A stretch of DNA of 64,000 nt from Tubiluchus corallicola. Lineage: Eukaryota; Animalia; Priapulida. The stretch spans positions 1-64,000 of the forward strand of contig JAQGDQ010000368.1 in NCBI GenBank assembly GCA_030141605.1, read 5' to 3'. The notes below the pieces were generated by a model. The model had not been told where the DNA came from. It worked only from the letters and a program-made list of their open reading frames with translations, and made no database searches. A program made the position numbers and the translations under genes. How positions within the stretch are numbered: position 1 is the first letter of the stretch; each line of letters starts with the position of its first letter. Of the stretch, positions 38,760-53,020 are shown in pieces.

Positions 38760-39300
38760 AAAAACATTGATAATCACTGATAAAAACTTTATAGAGATAA
38801 TCAATCAGTGTTAGTTAATAAAAACTTACACTGCTGAAGGCAAATGCGTCAGTGCAATCTAAACTACTGTGCAGTAATGACGAATAAAATCAAACATATT
38901 TACAACTATACACAAAAAAAATATATAAAAAAACTATGATTTAATTAATATGGCCGTGGGTATATGAATTCGGAATTAGTGTGCATGTTGTCGTACTGGT
39001 GTGATGGTATTTCATATCTGGTTAATATTAGTGATTTTAATTTTGTTTTAAATGCTGATAGGGACTTGATTTGTTTAACCTGTAATGGTAGAGAATTCCA
39101 AAGTAAAATTGCTTGTTTGATTACAGAGTTCGTTCCATAGTGGGTATTTGTCCTAATTTGTTTTAGATTGCTTGTTCTGGAATTAACGATAGGATTTGGA
39201 AAAAAGGTAAATCTGTTATTCTGGAATGGTTTGCTGATGTTGTTAATGTATTTAAATATAAAAAGCAGAGTAAAATATTCTGTGTGCTTCAATGATTGGG
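38760..39300 (-). mobile_element. L2/CR1-group LINE 3' fragment
   Basis: ORF 38945-39292 encodes RTNTHYGTNSVIKQAILLWNSLPLQVKQIKSLSAFKTKLKSLIL, the classic LINE ORF2 C-terminus. A 3' UTR follows and ends near the (TA)n tract at ~38720. Confidence 0.75.
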
Positions 39301-39459
39301 AATTTTAAAGTTTTTCTCAGGTTAGTTGTTGAAGCTTTGAATTTTTGTCTACCTGCTTATGATTATGAATTTGAATAATCAGTTTTGAGTCATTCGTTTT
39401 CGTGATTCGAAAACAGCTGCTATTTCTTATTTTATCAATATACGTAAATCATCATTAAA

Positions 39460-39663
<204 letters not shown>

Positions 39664-40617
39664 ATTAAAACTTTATTTAGAGTCGTCTTTTAGATTAAGA
39701 AGTTACATAAGCTCAAAGAGTTTTTCGCCGATTGCAAAATCTAAACTAGATCATAAATGCCAGGCAGGGCAAGAGTAAATACCATTTTTTAAGTATTTGG
39801 TATTAAGAGGCCGCAGTGTCGAACTCATGACCTTCCAGAATAAACGTCAAGCAAAGAATCTGATAATTTAAGACTACGTTATTAAGTTTAAAATTACGAT
39901 TCTCGGTTGACAGTGTTGCAGATCAATGATTTGGTTTCTACTTAACAGATAAGAGCGCAGTAACTTATGTACAAAGTCACTAAGAGACGAAACTCTCCCA
40001 TAAAGAAAGCATCACTTCATCGTAAGCAGCATCGCAATGCAGGAAATTATAGGAAGCTGCATATCTTACCAAGAACTCAAGAACATGACCGTTCTTACTA
40101 GAGATACAATATGCCCTGCCCCGCAGTGGTAAAATGAACTCATATCACAGATAAAAAACGACCACTAAACTTCTCAATTTATAAGGCGTTACAGCTGCTA
40201 TTATAAAATTTAACTGACGCTGTTGTTTGTGCGCTATATAATTATTTAAGCGCCTATAGCAAATCGTCTCAGCAGTTTCATAAATAATCAGTTAGGAGAA
40301 GGAAGGAGTTATTTTTATCTCTTTCGCTATGTGATCGTTTTGAGTTAGACAAATTGGAGCCTCAACACCAGTGCCAGTGCGTAATTTCGTAATTTGCGTT
40401 TGTCAATTTAATTACTGTAATAAAGAACTGTGGAAAAATACAATTCCGAAGAAATATATTACCAACGTCGCGTATTTAAACGTTTGAAAGGCATAATCGA
40501 AAAGAAAGTCGAGATGTAGTAACAGCACGTGCTCTTCCAGACTCTATATTGCCACACCAGTTACTTAGCAGCATTATTTTCGCAATAGAGAAGCTTTCAT
40601 GATAGTGAGACAACAGC

Positions 40618-41514
40618 ATGGATGAGCGCATAAGTGAACTGCCACATGCGGCTGAAACTACGACGACTTACTACGTTGCACTGGTTACGATTGTCATCAT
40701 CAGCGGAAGTTTGAGCGGAAGTGTTTTTGTGCTTCAAATCATCAACATGATGAGAACGCAAACAATATCTACAATCGGGTTAATTATCACAAATTTTTCT
40801 GTGAATGATTTGATAGCTACAGCTTTTACTGTCGCGTCTAGTGAGATGACAAAGAGTGGACCAAATCCATGGAATCACAGTCCTTTGCTGTGCAAGTTGT
40901 TTAACATGGCCATACATGGCTCTTGTCCATTCGTCACAGCTTCATTAACAGCAGCATTTGCCATAGAAAGACTAATTGCAAGTTGCAGAAGAACCCAGAT
41001 TAGGCGTAGATGGTATGCACTTGGCATTATTGTAGCCTGGATTACGGGTTTTACGGCCTTTTGCTATAGAGCAATTTGGAGTAGTGTTATAAAAATAGAG
41101 TACACATACGATGGCTATGCAGTAAGCATTTATCAGTGTAAATTACAATTACCTAGCAAAATTGCAAGACTGCCTTATCACGTTTTCGTTCAAGTTGCAT
41201 TTATTTTTCTTCTTGTTGCATTGTGGAGTCGCACGATCTTTCGACTGCTGAAGAAAAAAGGACTCTCTGCTTCTGAGAAAGATTTGTATCTTGCTGCAGC
41301 ATTAATAACAGAAGTCTTCGTTGTGTTTTCTGTGCCACTGATGGTGCTGACAGCTATCGGGGACAGTGATAACGTGACATTTTTTCGCATAGTGTTTGAA
41401 TTGTTTGATGTAATGTTTAAATTACAATACGTTATGCGGCCTCTAGTGTTTATAATATTGATTGTAAGAGACATTATTAGGTCAGTTAGGTACTACTCAA
41501 ATTCAGTCGTTTGA
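40618..41514 (+). CDS. Intronless divergent rhodopsin-like (class A) GPCR, orphan, 298 aa
   Basis: Long ORF with about seven hydrophobic segments. TM2 NFSVNDL, ECL1 W....LCKL, TM3 AIER (DRY-like), TM4 Trp, ECL2 Cys (YQC), TM6 FVVFSVP and TM7 MRPLVF (NPxxY-like). Confidence 0.82.
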   Translation: MDERISELPHAAETTTTYYVALVTIVIISGSLSGSVFVLQIINMMRTQTISTIGLIITNFSVNDLIATAFTVASSEMTKSGPNPWNHSPLLCKLFNMAIHGSCPFVTASLTAAFAIERLIASCRRTQIRRRWYALGIIVAWITGFTAFCYRAIWSSVIKIEYTYDGYAVSIYQCKLQLPSKIARLPYHVFVQVAFIFLLVALWSRTIFRLLKKKGLSASEKDLYLAAALITEVFVVFSVPLMVLTAIGDSDNVTFFRIVFELFDVMFKLQYVMRPLVFIILIVRDIIRSVRYYSNSVV

Positions 41515-43154
41515 AGGCAAGCCACTAAAAGTGTCAGTTTTAGAGACAAGCCTATATTTTTGGATAGACTTATACAATTTATATAGAGCCTCAATGCCTC
41601 ATCAGCACAAATCTTTGTAATAAAAATTGTACTTTATAGGTATAGTTCTATGACTGTAGGCCCTATCATTAAGCACTTTATATTTACTGTAAATGCTAAC
41701 GCAATGCTGTGCTATATATACCTCTAGGCAAACTAGTCAGTTGCTTAAGGCGCCAAATTTTGGAAGTATTTCTTTAATTTTTAAATTCAGTGCAGTATAA
41801 GTATAACATAGTGTTATTTGTAATTACTTAAATGCGCAACATTAATTAAATGAAACTAACTACTTGCGTTACTGTCAAATCGCATGAGTCATCGAATGCT
41901 AGCAAGTGCCTTCCCTTAATCAAAGCACTTTCTATTCTCGCTCTATCTGGTTTCCTAAAGTTACATCATTTCACACAAACATTGCTGATGTGTTACCCTG
42001 CTTTTATCCACGGTTTCAATTTTATGCTTAAGAATGACCCTTCCGTTAATAAAAAATCGTACTATAGCATTTATCTAATTATGGCAGACAAATCTATAAG
42101 AATATCGAAGTCTTCAAGACGGAATAGAGGGAACGAAAGGTAAAAACGTTTGCGACTCGTATAGAGCAGAATGGGGTCGTAGATCCAAATTCGAATTCAA
42201 GCAGTCATAAATTCAATTTAAAATTTAAAGAGCACAAGTTTTAGATAGCTAATTAACTTCACTTAATTTGTATAATATACAGGCATAAGCCTAATACAAA
42301 AATCTAATATTATAATATTACGCAAGAAAAATTCAATATTGTGAGCGCAATGGGGATCATGGGGGAAGGGGCTGACCGTTAAGGAGATGGCGCTAAAAAT
42401 ACTTTTGCCCAGGGCGTGAAACTACGTGGAGCTGGCCCTGTGTGCAGTTCATCGTTAATGGAATTTCATTCGAAATTATAATGAGGAAATCAAATTTTGT
42501 AGATTTAGTAAAATACCTTGGCAGAACAACAACTCGAACAATAAAAACGCTAAATGAAAATTAATTTACGTTTTTACGACAATAATTACATGCCAAATAG
42601 TACACGCTTCATCCCGCAACTGTTACACTTGTTGTGATATAAATAACAGCATTTAGATAGCGCCTTAGTGTTTTATATCTTTACGACTGCTAGGAATTTA
42701 AAGCGCATAATTTCATACGCCCCCACGCTTTTAATTCTGGCGTAAGAAGAATCGCTTTCAAAAACTTTGGTTTGTAAAATTTTGCGTTTTATTTGTAATT
42801 TCGGAACCACTATGCGCGTGCTCGTCTGCATGCATAAACCAAAATAATTTTAAGTTTACAAATCTTCCTTATAATAAACAAGTGACCTTGAGGCAGATGA
42901 AGCCATTGGCTCCACTGACTATCGAAAGGAAAACTTGTTAGCAGGATGAAAAGTTCTTGCCTTGGAGGAGGACGCGTGTGTAATCATAATATAACGTCGC
43001 TCACAGTTTATTTGGCGATAACCAGGAAATTAAAGAAACTGATAATAAAAAGATTGTTGAGCAATCAAATGATGAGCAACCTTTTCTACTGATCCCGAGT
43101 CTTCAGTATTCCAGAAATATTTCACTGAAAAAATCGTTTGATGCCAACAGCTGG

Positions 43155-43395
43155 TATGTGATGGTCTCCCATCTCCCACAAGGTGTAGTTTTGTCACCCC
43201 TTTTAAGTTGACATTTTAGTGCCAAAACTTTGTTTTAACTGAGAAGCAAATTTTATTGTAACAAAAGAATCTTTTTTAATGCCACCAGTAGGCATGTGAT
43301 GGTCTCCCTCAAGGTGCCATTTTGTCACCCATTTTAATGTAGTACTTACATAGCCAAACTATTTTAATTGAGAAGAAAATTCTATTGTAACAAAG
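43155..43395 (+). repeat. Diverged two-copy tandem repeat (~135-bp unit)
   Basis: ATGTGATGGTCTCCC...CAAGGTG...TTTGTCACCC...TGAGAAG...TATTGTAACAAA occurs at ~43156 and ~43294. Confidence 0.75.
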
Positions 43396-46300
43396 GAACA
43401 GTTACGCCGTGAGGAAAACCATGAAACTTATTATTGTTGCATAACGTGCTTATGTGTTATTGTGTGAATAATGTTAAATGTAAGTGAGTTGCTCACTGTG
43501 CGACTTGTGTAAGTAACAAAAACTGTTTAAAGGAAGACAGGACAATTTTCCACATACTACCCCATATTCAACTCCGATAAAAGTATTCCAGGGTTTTACA
43601 ACACGACCTACAAATGCAGCTACTTTTAGCATCAAATTCTGTGAAAGACCTATTAATTTATTAACTTTATGGCGAAACCTGCGAGGCTACACCCACTATA
43701 CCTATCCGTTTACGTTATTAGCCCGCGCATAAATCGGTATTTAAGAACTGTTACATAAACGTATTAAAATGATATAAAACTGCTTTAAAGAAAGGAATTT
43801 ATGGGCATTCAGTAGTACATGTTAATACGATTCATTAAGCTCAACAAAATTTTACTGCCGAGAAAGGAAATATGTTTAGGATTACAGTTTGTACACAGTA
43901 TGACGCTCGAAGTACCCTGATGTACATTTATTGTTTTGAAAAACACGATAGGCATCTGAATACTAGATAAGTTGGGAGAAAAGTGGTTCGATGCAAAAAT
44001 AAAGTGGCTTAATAGAAATTTAAGCAAAGGACGGGTCAAAACAAGATGAAGAATTAAACAAAATTTCCAAAATGTCATTTTTGCATTTTCTAACAGAATT
44101 ACGTTTTTCGTATTAGCAAAAAAATATGACAGTGTCGAAAGCCCCGCTCTGCCTTATATTCACTGCACATTTTGGCAGTGATACGCCGAAGCCTACATCA
44201 ACGCGGGTAAGTGTTGGCGCATGTTTTAAAGCTGCTCAATTTCCATTTAGCGGCAGATTAACCTAGTTACTAGATTTCGTAAAGGCTTGGTAATGGAATA
44301 AACTTCGTAGAGACTTGTTGTAATGAAACTTGTTGCTACGATTTGTAATTACAGATTACGAGTTGTAATTAAAATAATTTTTGCGCATTTTTTATGTAAT
44401 GTTATATCAGAATATTGTTTTTACTGCATTATAGTTCAAATATTGTGTAAATTAAAATTCGTAAGCTATAGACGTGGATGCAATATTTTAAACATATTTA
44501 TACTTTTTTGTTTTGTAAACAACTATACAAATACTCTCACACACTGTACAGAAATGATATTCCAATTAAAATTGTTAGATAGACCCAACTTAAATAAAAA
44601 ACTAGGTTAAGTTGATATAAATGTGTTTTAATAATTTTTTTATAGTTTTTGGAACGTTATGATCTTTTTTCTAATCTTTAAACTAAACGCTCTTTTTTAG
44701 TTTTGGGTTTTCTATTCTTTTCAGTTTAACACAATTAGAGTAGAGTAGTATAGAATAGAACAGAAATTTATTTTTTCCTTGGATACATAAAAACATGATG
44801 CATACATTCCATATGGTCCAAGTGTTGGTAAGTGAAATCAGAAAAAATGAAACACACAGAAACTGTTAAAAATACTGCAGATTACAATACGGTTAGACAA
44901 AAGACGGATGTGTGCAAGCCTACTGAAAGGTGAAAAATGAAAAATGTATGTAAAAAGCAATTATAAATAAAGCACAATTTTCTTCTATTTTAGCGTGAAC
45001 CATACGATGAGATTCTTCAAAACCAGGTATGCAAGTATTTGACAAATTCGAATTGTAGAAGATCATTGACTGAATAATCGTGTGGAAATATTGCACTATC
45101 TATGCCGTTTCTGTCATTGTAATGCACAGTCGCTTCTTTTTGGTTCTTCTGTGCCATTTGAACAATAACTACAACGAATTATAGTACAAACAACACGTTA
45201 AAAATACTTTAATCTTTTTATTAAAAGTAAATTTAGTATCCAGTCAACAAAAAAACCGTGTTTCCGCCATTGTTCTTTTCTGTACCTTGCTCTCGCCTTT
45301 ATCCTTCCGCCTTACGCTATATAGTTCTGCTTGCGAATTCGTTCGCAACAATCATCTTCCTTTAAAATAGGCAGATATACATGCAGCTATAAATCATACC
45401 CAACCGGGCATAAGTTTCATTGACAATAACTTAATGAAATTGATTGGCGACGCTTTTTAAACGCAAAGAATGCGTTCCTGATTCCATTAAAGAGATTGCT
45501 TTAGTCGCTTTACTGATTCTGAGACGGTGTTGTTAATATTGCAGTAGCTGTTTGTTCTTCATGAATAGTAATGCCAAAAAGCTCACTCAAATAACGCCAG
45601 GGTGATTTTTGACAAGAATCTACTGAGAACTGATACAAATACGAAACCTCTCCGCCATCTTTTCATTCAAAATAGTGAGAATGTTTCTCGATTTTGCACC
45701 GTTAGCGATGATATTATTACGACTATCACAGCCGTTATCAGATTTAATAAATTGTGCATAAAATCAGTTTATATTAAAATGAATTGGCCGCCATCATCAT
45801 ATTATATTCAGGCCACAAAAGTTTCTTAGCGTTATTGCATTTAATTGCGCGAGTAAATCACTCCGTCTTGCCACTTTCTGACTAAAAACTAGACAATTTC
45901 CTGGTAAATTTTATTCATTTATCTTTTCATTGCGCTGTTTAATCTCGTGGCTGTCTCCCATTACTTAACTCTTTTCATAATAACCAAAGTTATGTAGATT
46001 TATATCCAGTTTCGTATCTTGTTAATTCTATCAATGATAATAATTAACACAGGATACATAACTATAATAAACGTATCGATTTTAGCGCTTTTGTCGGGTT
46101 TAAATGATGCCTGAATATTGAACAATTACACTTTGCAGCGGATGATATGATTTACATTCTAATGAATCGTAAAATATTGCGCTTTTGTGAACGGGGATGA
46201 AGACTTTGTCATAATCGCAAAAATGCCATTATTTATCACGCGTACGAAACACGTTTAAGTAACATATTAAATTGCTCAAGATGTGGCAGGATTTTGCCAT

Positions 46301-46539
46301 GATCAAGCGCAGAATCTATAAACATAGCCGAGATTAACATGAGAAAAGCGGCTTTAAGAAAACTCTTGTACACATTGTGTGCTCGTGTAATTAAGATACA
46401 ATCAGGAAGTTAAATAATGGACAAACCTCGTGCAATTGGGATCGTATTTAGATTCATCAACAGAGTGATTTAAAGTCGGCTATTCTACACCAGAGTCGTT
46501 TACAAAACCGTCTCTCTGATACCGATTTAATGCCGCCCT

Positions 46540-46770
46540 TTTAAAACGCAATCAATGATAAATAATGCATCGTTTTCCCATCCACTAGCATTAATTTGTC
46601 CCCTAAGCGGCTCCGCTGATCTGCCTTTACGGAAGCTGTCATACACCCGGCTCAGCGCGAGATTATGGGCTTCCGAAGCCAGTGCATCTTCCACTGGTTG
46701 TGCTTGAGCGTCATTACCTGTTGGCAATCTCCTAGTCATAATGGCTTGTTGCTGGCTAAACCAGAGCCAT
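46540..46770. promoter_or_regulatory. Candidate developmental enhancer / conserved non-coding element
   Basis: Non-repetitive GC-elevated block with clustered ATCAAT, TAAT/ATTA, TTTACG next to CTGTCA (Hox and Meis-like) and GATTATGG motifs. Lies ~15.6 kb upstream of Nkx6. Confidence 0.4.
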
Positions 46771-49669
46771 CAATTCCGTGAAAACTGTCGTTTCGTACGG
46801 CATCAAATCTAATCAAAGCAAATCCTCTTCTCTGTTCTTCGTATAAAGTTTGTAATTTGTTTTGATGATACACATCATTCTGCAAACCTTATGAATGCTA
46901 GGAGCTATATAATTTTTGCATAATTTATGGAACAAAATTCTTAAAAAGCGATAGCACTCAGAATTAATTTACGTTTCTTTGTGTATGATGAAGAGATAAA
47001 TTTCGTGATGGGTAACGTGGTGGCGGTGGTGGTGTTAATGGTGGCTGTAATTGTGGTGATCTGGTAGCAGGCCAGTGAACTATCTTAAAAAAAACTCAAC
47101 GTTTATTCTTAAAAATGGCCACTGAGCATTTGCAATGAATCTGCTTAATGCTGCGGTTTGGCATATTTCTGAAGCTCTGTAATAATGCGCAGTCATTCGA
47201 CTCCCTTACACTACACCAGTCGAGTGGTGTCTCGAAGATAAAATTAGTGGGGGTGTTGCTTCAGAAAAATTTTTGCCGTTGTTTTAATACTGTGTAAAAC
47301 GTAATAAACATATACAATTTTAATGTTGCAGTTATATTGGAAGATCAGGTGTTGAATGGCCTCTTTTGTTAACTGCAACTTTCTCATGGAGAAATGAACA
47401 TGCTGTACTTCATTTAAAGTCACAGAACTTATTTCTTGTGTTAACACACCACACTAAGTTTACACTTTATCATATCTAAGAATATGACGCTACACGGTAA
47501 GCACTTGACAATTGTTACTGTGATAGAGACAGTATTTTTGTACCTAGCAGCAGACGATAGCATACAGTGTGTTATTTCAGACATGTGCGCATGGCCGCAT
47601 GCGCACAACAGCCAACACCACGCTGCTTGGGCTGTGAAGCGAACTGCACTTCCCTCACATGCCCCGGTTCCGTGCAAGCATAAAAAAGAGCTAAAGAAAA
47701 AAGACTTATTATATTTGAGCATTATCGATAATAATGTGTGTAACTGGGGGTGCTGCAGTACCACAGTACTTATGCACGAGCCGTCACTGCCACCAGCTGA
47801 AGCGACTTTTAAAGACTGTCTTTTAAAATTACTAGAAGGTTTTAAATACTTTCGTAGTACAAGAATGAAAAATTCTGTTTAAAATGCTTTGACATTTAAC
47901 GATTTTGCGTTGCAATTTAAATTGGCGCGCTTTCAAAGATGTAAGTAATATTTGCAGAACCTTATGCAAGCCTGAATTTATAATAAAATTATGTCAAACT
48001 CTCTGAAGTTTAAAAATTTTTAAGGTACAATCACCATTGATAATAATAAACTAAAACAAACTAAAAATTGACCAAATGATAAAAATATGGAAACTGCGCC
48101 TCAGTTTCTGCAGCAACTAAACACTGAGGAGAACAAATAGCTATAAATTTCATTATGTCAATAAATATAGCAATTGGTCTGTGCAGTAAAGAATTGAACC
48201 AATAACTCACTTTTACGTCGTTTGCTAACTTTATACGTCTTGTATTTAATTTGTTGCATAGAAGTAATATGCACCATGTTTTATGTATTTTTGCAATGTG
48301 AAATGTTGCGCCGCTTAGTTTATTGTGCCGCTTGTCTTTTTGATTGTGGCTGGAATAAATTAAAGGAAAGCCGGACCCAATTTTGAACTGTATGTCAAAA
48401 CATTCTACTCTTTAAAATATCGCAAAGGAACATAGAATTTTTTAAAAAAATGACTAACGTAAAAGAATAATATTATTACCACAGAAACTCAATTTCACAT
48501 TCGCGCAGCTAGTTTTTCGCGATTACATGCATTTCGCCATTCGTCGGCTAGATGGGCACTAGAGCCTCCATTTAGCAAATGTGTTGCACAAAAAACAGGT
48601 GCTGTATCTCTAAGTTCAGAGATGCTTAGTTGCGATGTAGTGCACACCTTCGAGAGCTCATGCGTGAACACAGCGTTAAATTCGAAATCTGAATTTTTAT
48701 CTTAAAACTTACCGAGTTTTAGTACAAGACACTGAATTTCTTACAGTAGCACTGTACTTCAATCTTCGCTTTCACAAACACTTGCAACGCGCACGTGGGA
48801 GGTTTGTGCTGCTGAAAATTATGTTCACTTGTGGGTATCATCAATAGTTGAGCTCGCCTGCTGCTAATAAAGATTTTAATTATTATTTAACTATCAGAAA
48901 CGCTTTTGCAGTATTATTGGTGCTAAAATGTAACTTTTTATTGTACTTGAAAATGAGATAGGATTTGAAAAATCATTGTCTTCCTCTAAAACAAATGCTA
49001 ACAATATAATGTTAAGTAAAATGGCATACCTTATAAGATACAACGCAAATTTACAACAATGTGTTGATTCACAAATTAATAGTATAAGTTCAAAAACAAG
49101 CCAGAAAGCAACATATTTTGCCACTGTACCTGCACTGGTCATTATTATTTGCAACTTATATAATAGTCGATTTTATTACCTGATTAAACCTGTGTAAAGA
49201 CCTTGCAAATCTTTAAGGTCTTTAATTGGCAAAATTGTGAGTTGAAAAATACCTAATTTGGGCGATTATATGAAGTAATTACTGTAATTTATCACTTTAT
49301 CAACAATCTGTTACTACAATAATCAAATCACTATTTGGACTATCTTGTTTACTAAGCATGCAATGAAAGTGTTGCGGCACATGCTGAAAAGAACGTTGAT
49401 GTGGGCAAGAGAGCTGATCAAACATTTATTTATGTAGCGCCGGCGCATTTGTTTCGGGTCATTTTGTTGATAACAAGCCATAATGGGTCGACAGAGGTAA
49501 CTGATTTTTATTAGAAGTGTAATATTAATCGTGTTTGGGTACACAAACCGAACAGTAAAAGGCGAGCATGATCGTTAAATAGCAGAGGTAACACATAAAT
49601 CATTGTCATTCATACAATCTGCCAAAAAAACGCTGATTGTGACAGTTGATCTCGAAATGTTGAAGAACT

Positions 49670-49847
49670 TATACATACATACATACATACATACATACAT
49701 ACATACATACATACATACATACATACATACATACATACATACATACATACATACATACATACATACATACATACATACATACATACATACATACATGCAT
49801 ACATACATACACACGCACACACAAACACACACACACACACACACACA

Positions 49848-49879
<32 letters not shown>

Positions 49880-49893
49880 CATACATACATACA
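49670..49893 (+). repeat. (TACA)n/(CA)n/(CACG)n compound microsatellite
   Basis: Seen directly. Confidence 0.95.
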
Positions 49894-49957
49894 TAATCTT
49901 TATTAAAGTCGGGTGTACAACGGAATACTCCAACAAATGTTAAATAATAACCTAAAA

Positions 49958-50130
49958 CAACTTGGATAGCTAAGACAAATAAAGATGTTCAACAACTTCA
50001 ACCAAATCTATCTTTAGGAGTAGAAGAACTTACGCTGTTAGCTGTAGATAGAAGTGGGTGGAATACTCTGATAAATATTGATGCCTCAATGCCTACAACA
50101 AGTGTTATGAGATTTTGAAGAAAGAAGAAG
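49958..50130 (+). mobile_element. RTE-like LINE 3' terminus
   Basis: Encodes TTWIAKTNKDVQQL...LAVDRSGWNTLI, resembling the RTE 'W...i..D....A.DR..W' end. Terminates in (GAA)n. Confidence 0.6.
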
Positions 50131-50479
50131 TACAACGGAAGAACATTAGCCAAATAGGCTATTCGTACCGACTAAAATACACTATGCTAAAAATTTTATT
50201 AGACATACAATATTAGTCAAATTGGAAATAAAATCGAAAGATAAGAAAACAAAAGTGAAAATGGGGTATTCTGCAAAATACAAAATAAAATCATACAAGC
50301 AAGGATAAAACAAGACAGTCACAAATACGTGTAATAGAAATATTTAAAATGGTGTGCAGCATCACTTAATTCTGTGAATATGAAAAGATTATATGGGGAT
50401 GAAACGATCAGAAAACACAAAAACTGGTTCACTAAAACAATGAAGGTACAAGGTACTTAAAACTAATTAACACAAACTA

Positions 50480-50760
50480 TGTAGCGCAAACTGATTATGT
50501 CCCTGCTCCATTTGTCTCAAGAACTCATTATAGTTAGTGGATATGCCCAAATGACTGGGAAATTCATTCCAAATTTTAGAAGCTAAATATCGAAAACTTT
50601 TTTCCAAAAGATTTTTTAAAGGGCTTCTTTTTGCACTCACCAGTGGATTATTACTCGTGATAACTTGTAGGAACTGTATTTAGTATACATTCATGTTTAG
50701 CAAATGTTGGTGCCAAAGCATTGTTTCAAAACCCCATATGGTGACATTTAATCTCATATA
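50480..50760 (-). mobile_element. L2-like LINE 3' fragment
   Basis: Minus strand encodes FRYLASKIWNEFPSHL, the LINE C-terminal motif. Confidence 0.5.
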
Positions 50761-52076
50761 AATTAAGATTACCGGTAAAGATGTTTCATGTCTGAACTAG
50801 ATAATTCCCACCCACTATAGTTGGTCTAACTCGACTAAATTTGGCAACTGAAATCACTAAAGCTTGAAACGTCAGTACAAATGGACGAGAATGAGAGCTT
50901 CCATCTGATTCGTAAAATGGATTTGATGAGATTTCGGGTTAAAAATTGTACACTATTTCTGAAAGAGATCTTCACTGTCATTAAAAAAACACACAATACT
51001 TTCTTATGAACTTAAAGCTCAGATTTTGTTTGTAGACTGTTCCTTTCATTAAAGCCAACCAGCTTTTGTTCTGTTGCCTATCTGCGGACTTATCGAGACG
51101 AAATTTGTTAGTGGCAGAAGTTTCTAGTACTACTGATTGTTATACATTAAAAAAATTTTCGCTGCTTATTCGTTTCTACTCTATTATGGTTGTTTAATTT
51201 TGCGATTAACGAACACATGATAACTGAATAGCTTTTGTGTAAATATAGGTCGGCCACACAACCAAAAGTTACGGAAAATTCGTTTTTTGTGATTTTTTAG
51301 AGTGACGAAAGATGAAAAAAGGAGAGATGTAGACTGAATTCCAAAAATTTTGCCCTGGTAACTCCGCGTAAACCCAAAGTGCATTTTTTGTCGATATAAG
51401 TGTATGAAATCAAAGCTGCTCTACTTGTTCATGTTGTATGTCTATATTAAACAAATGAAGATGCTATCAATTAGTGATAACATTAACATAATAGAGGAAC
51501 ATGAAGTCTACTACATTAAAACATTATAATACGGCCTATATACGTTACAGTATTAGATTGATTGATTGATCGTCTATTGACTAAAAAGAATTATTTAATA
51601 CAGGCCGAACAGTATCATAATAAAAACGTTTTTAGTTCAGTGTACACTTAAACAGAATACAAGGCAGGGTTAATGCACATAGCCCACAGGCTGAATATCA
51701 CAAACACAACTTAAAATGTTGTAACAAAATATCGGAAAAATCTTTTCAATGCTAAGTAGGATTTATATTATTAATAATACTCCTTTCGCATTGTATTTTA
51801 TTGAAACAAAAAAAAAACTCATTTTATACTTTGCAAATCTTAAACATGGGCCACTATACTTAAGGTCGTATTTGCTAATTCAACAGATTTAAACCTTCTG
51901 ACATTGAAAGACATACTGAATGAGTGATTTAACATCTGTCCTATGGAAAATATCTGCCATCGAGGCGGCATTAACTTGCAAAAATTTATTTGAGTCTTTG
52001 ATCATTGTTGTTTTGGGGCAAACACACTAGATATGTTCTTCATCGTGTACTGCATTTCAATTCCATTTGCATATTA

Positions 52077-52179
<103 letters not shown>

Positions 52180-52601
52180 AATACAAGTATATATATATAT
52201 ACTTGTATTTGTATATATATATTAATCTATATTTGTATATATTAGTATCGAGAAATGATTTATGAAACTGAGCGACCAGAGATTACATTTGAATGAACAA
52301 ACATACCACATGATACATTAACAAAAGTATGCAGTAAACAGAGTATACAGAGGCTGGCGATCATCATCAATAAGGAGCTTCGGAGGTAACATACTGTAGG
52401 TAAACCAGACTATGTTAACGCTAACTCGATGCAAAATAGTTAGTCCAAAGCTTATGTAGAGTAAAAATCGTCTAGGAAATTACCGAGGAATGAAAACTTA
52501 TGTGGCCTATTCAGGTACAATTAACAAAAACGGTATAATAATGCGGCCTAAATGCGCTTCATTCATAGGAAGCGACTGTGTCCTATGATAGGCCTGAAGC
52601 A

Positions 52602-53020
52602 TAACAAGACTCGTTTGCTTAGCGGACTTAGGCAACCAGGTTGTTAAGGAATAAAGACATCGTTTCCTCGAAATTATGCCATACAAGCATATTTCTCCAC
52701 TTATTTTAAGCATTCGCATTGAAAACATTAGGTTATTTTTTCATTCCATGTGTGCTAATAAAACTACACATTATCAATATGAAAAAATTCCACAGCCAAA
52801 CGTAGCCAAAGAAACTTTGGAACTCATTACTGGCACCAATAAAACAAAGCAGCTTTTTCTTATCATTTAACTCTACATTACAAAAAAGTTTTGAAGATCC
52901 GCTATACGAACATGATGATATTCATTGCAAGTTATGATTTAATTTATCTTAATCTTTACTGGATGTTATGATATACGAGAGAAAGCCAGACAGACAGATG
53001 GCGCCCATTATATATATATA
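52602..53020 (+). mobile_element. Possible HINE/DINE-like element
   Basis: Starts AACAAGACTCG and ends CAGACAGACAG...CCATTATATATATATA, typical Helentron-associated element ends. Confidence 0.35.

Noticed and set aside
41190-41474. Antisense ORF over the GPCR (and antisense ORFs over TTC25 and KSR3 exons)
   Set aside because: Shadow ORFs of real coding sequence with no recognisable motifs.
47441-47882. 132-aa and 107-aa overlapping ORFs
   Set aside because: Non-ATG or weak starts, no domain motifs and no consistent splice structure.
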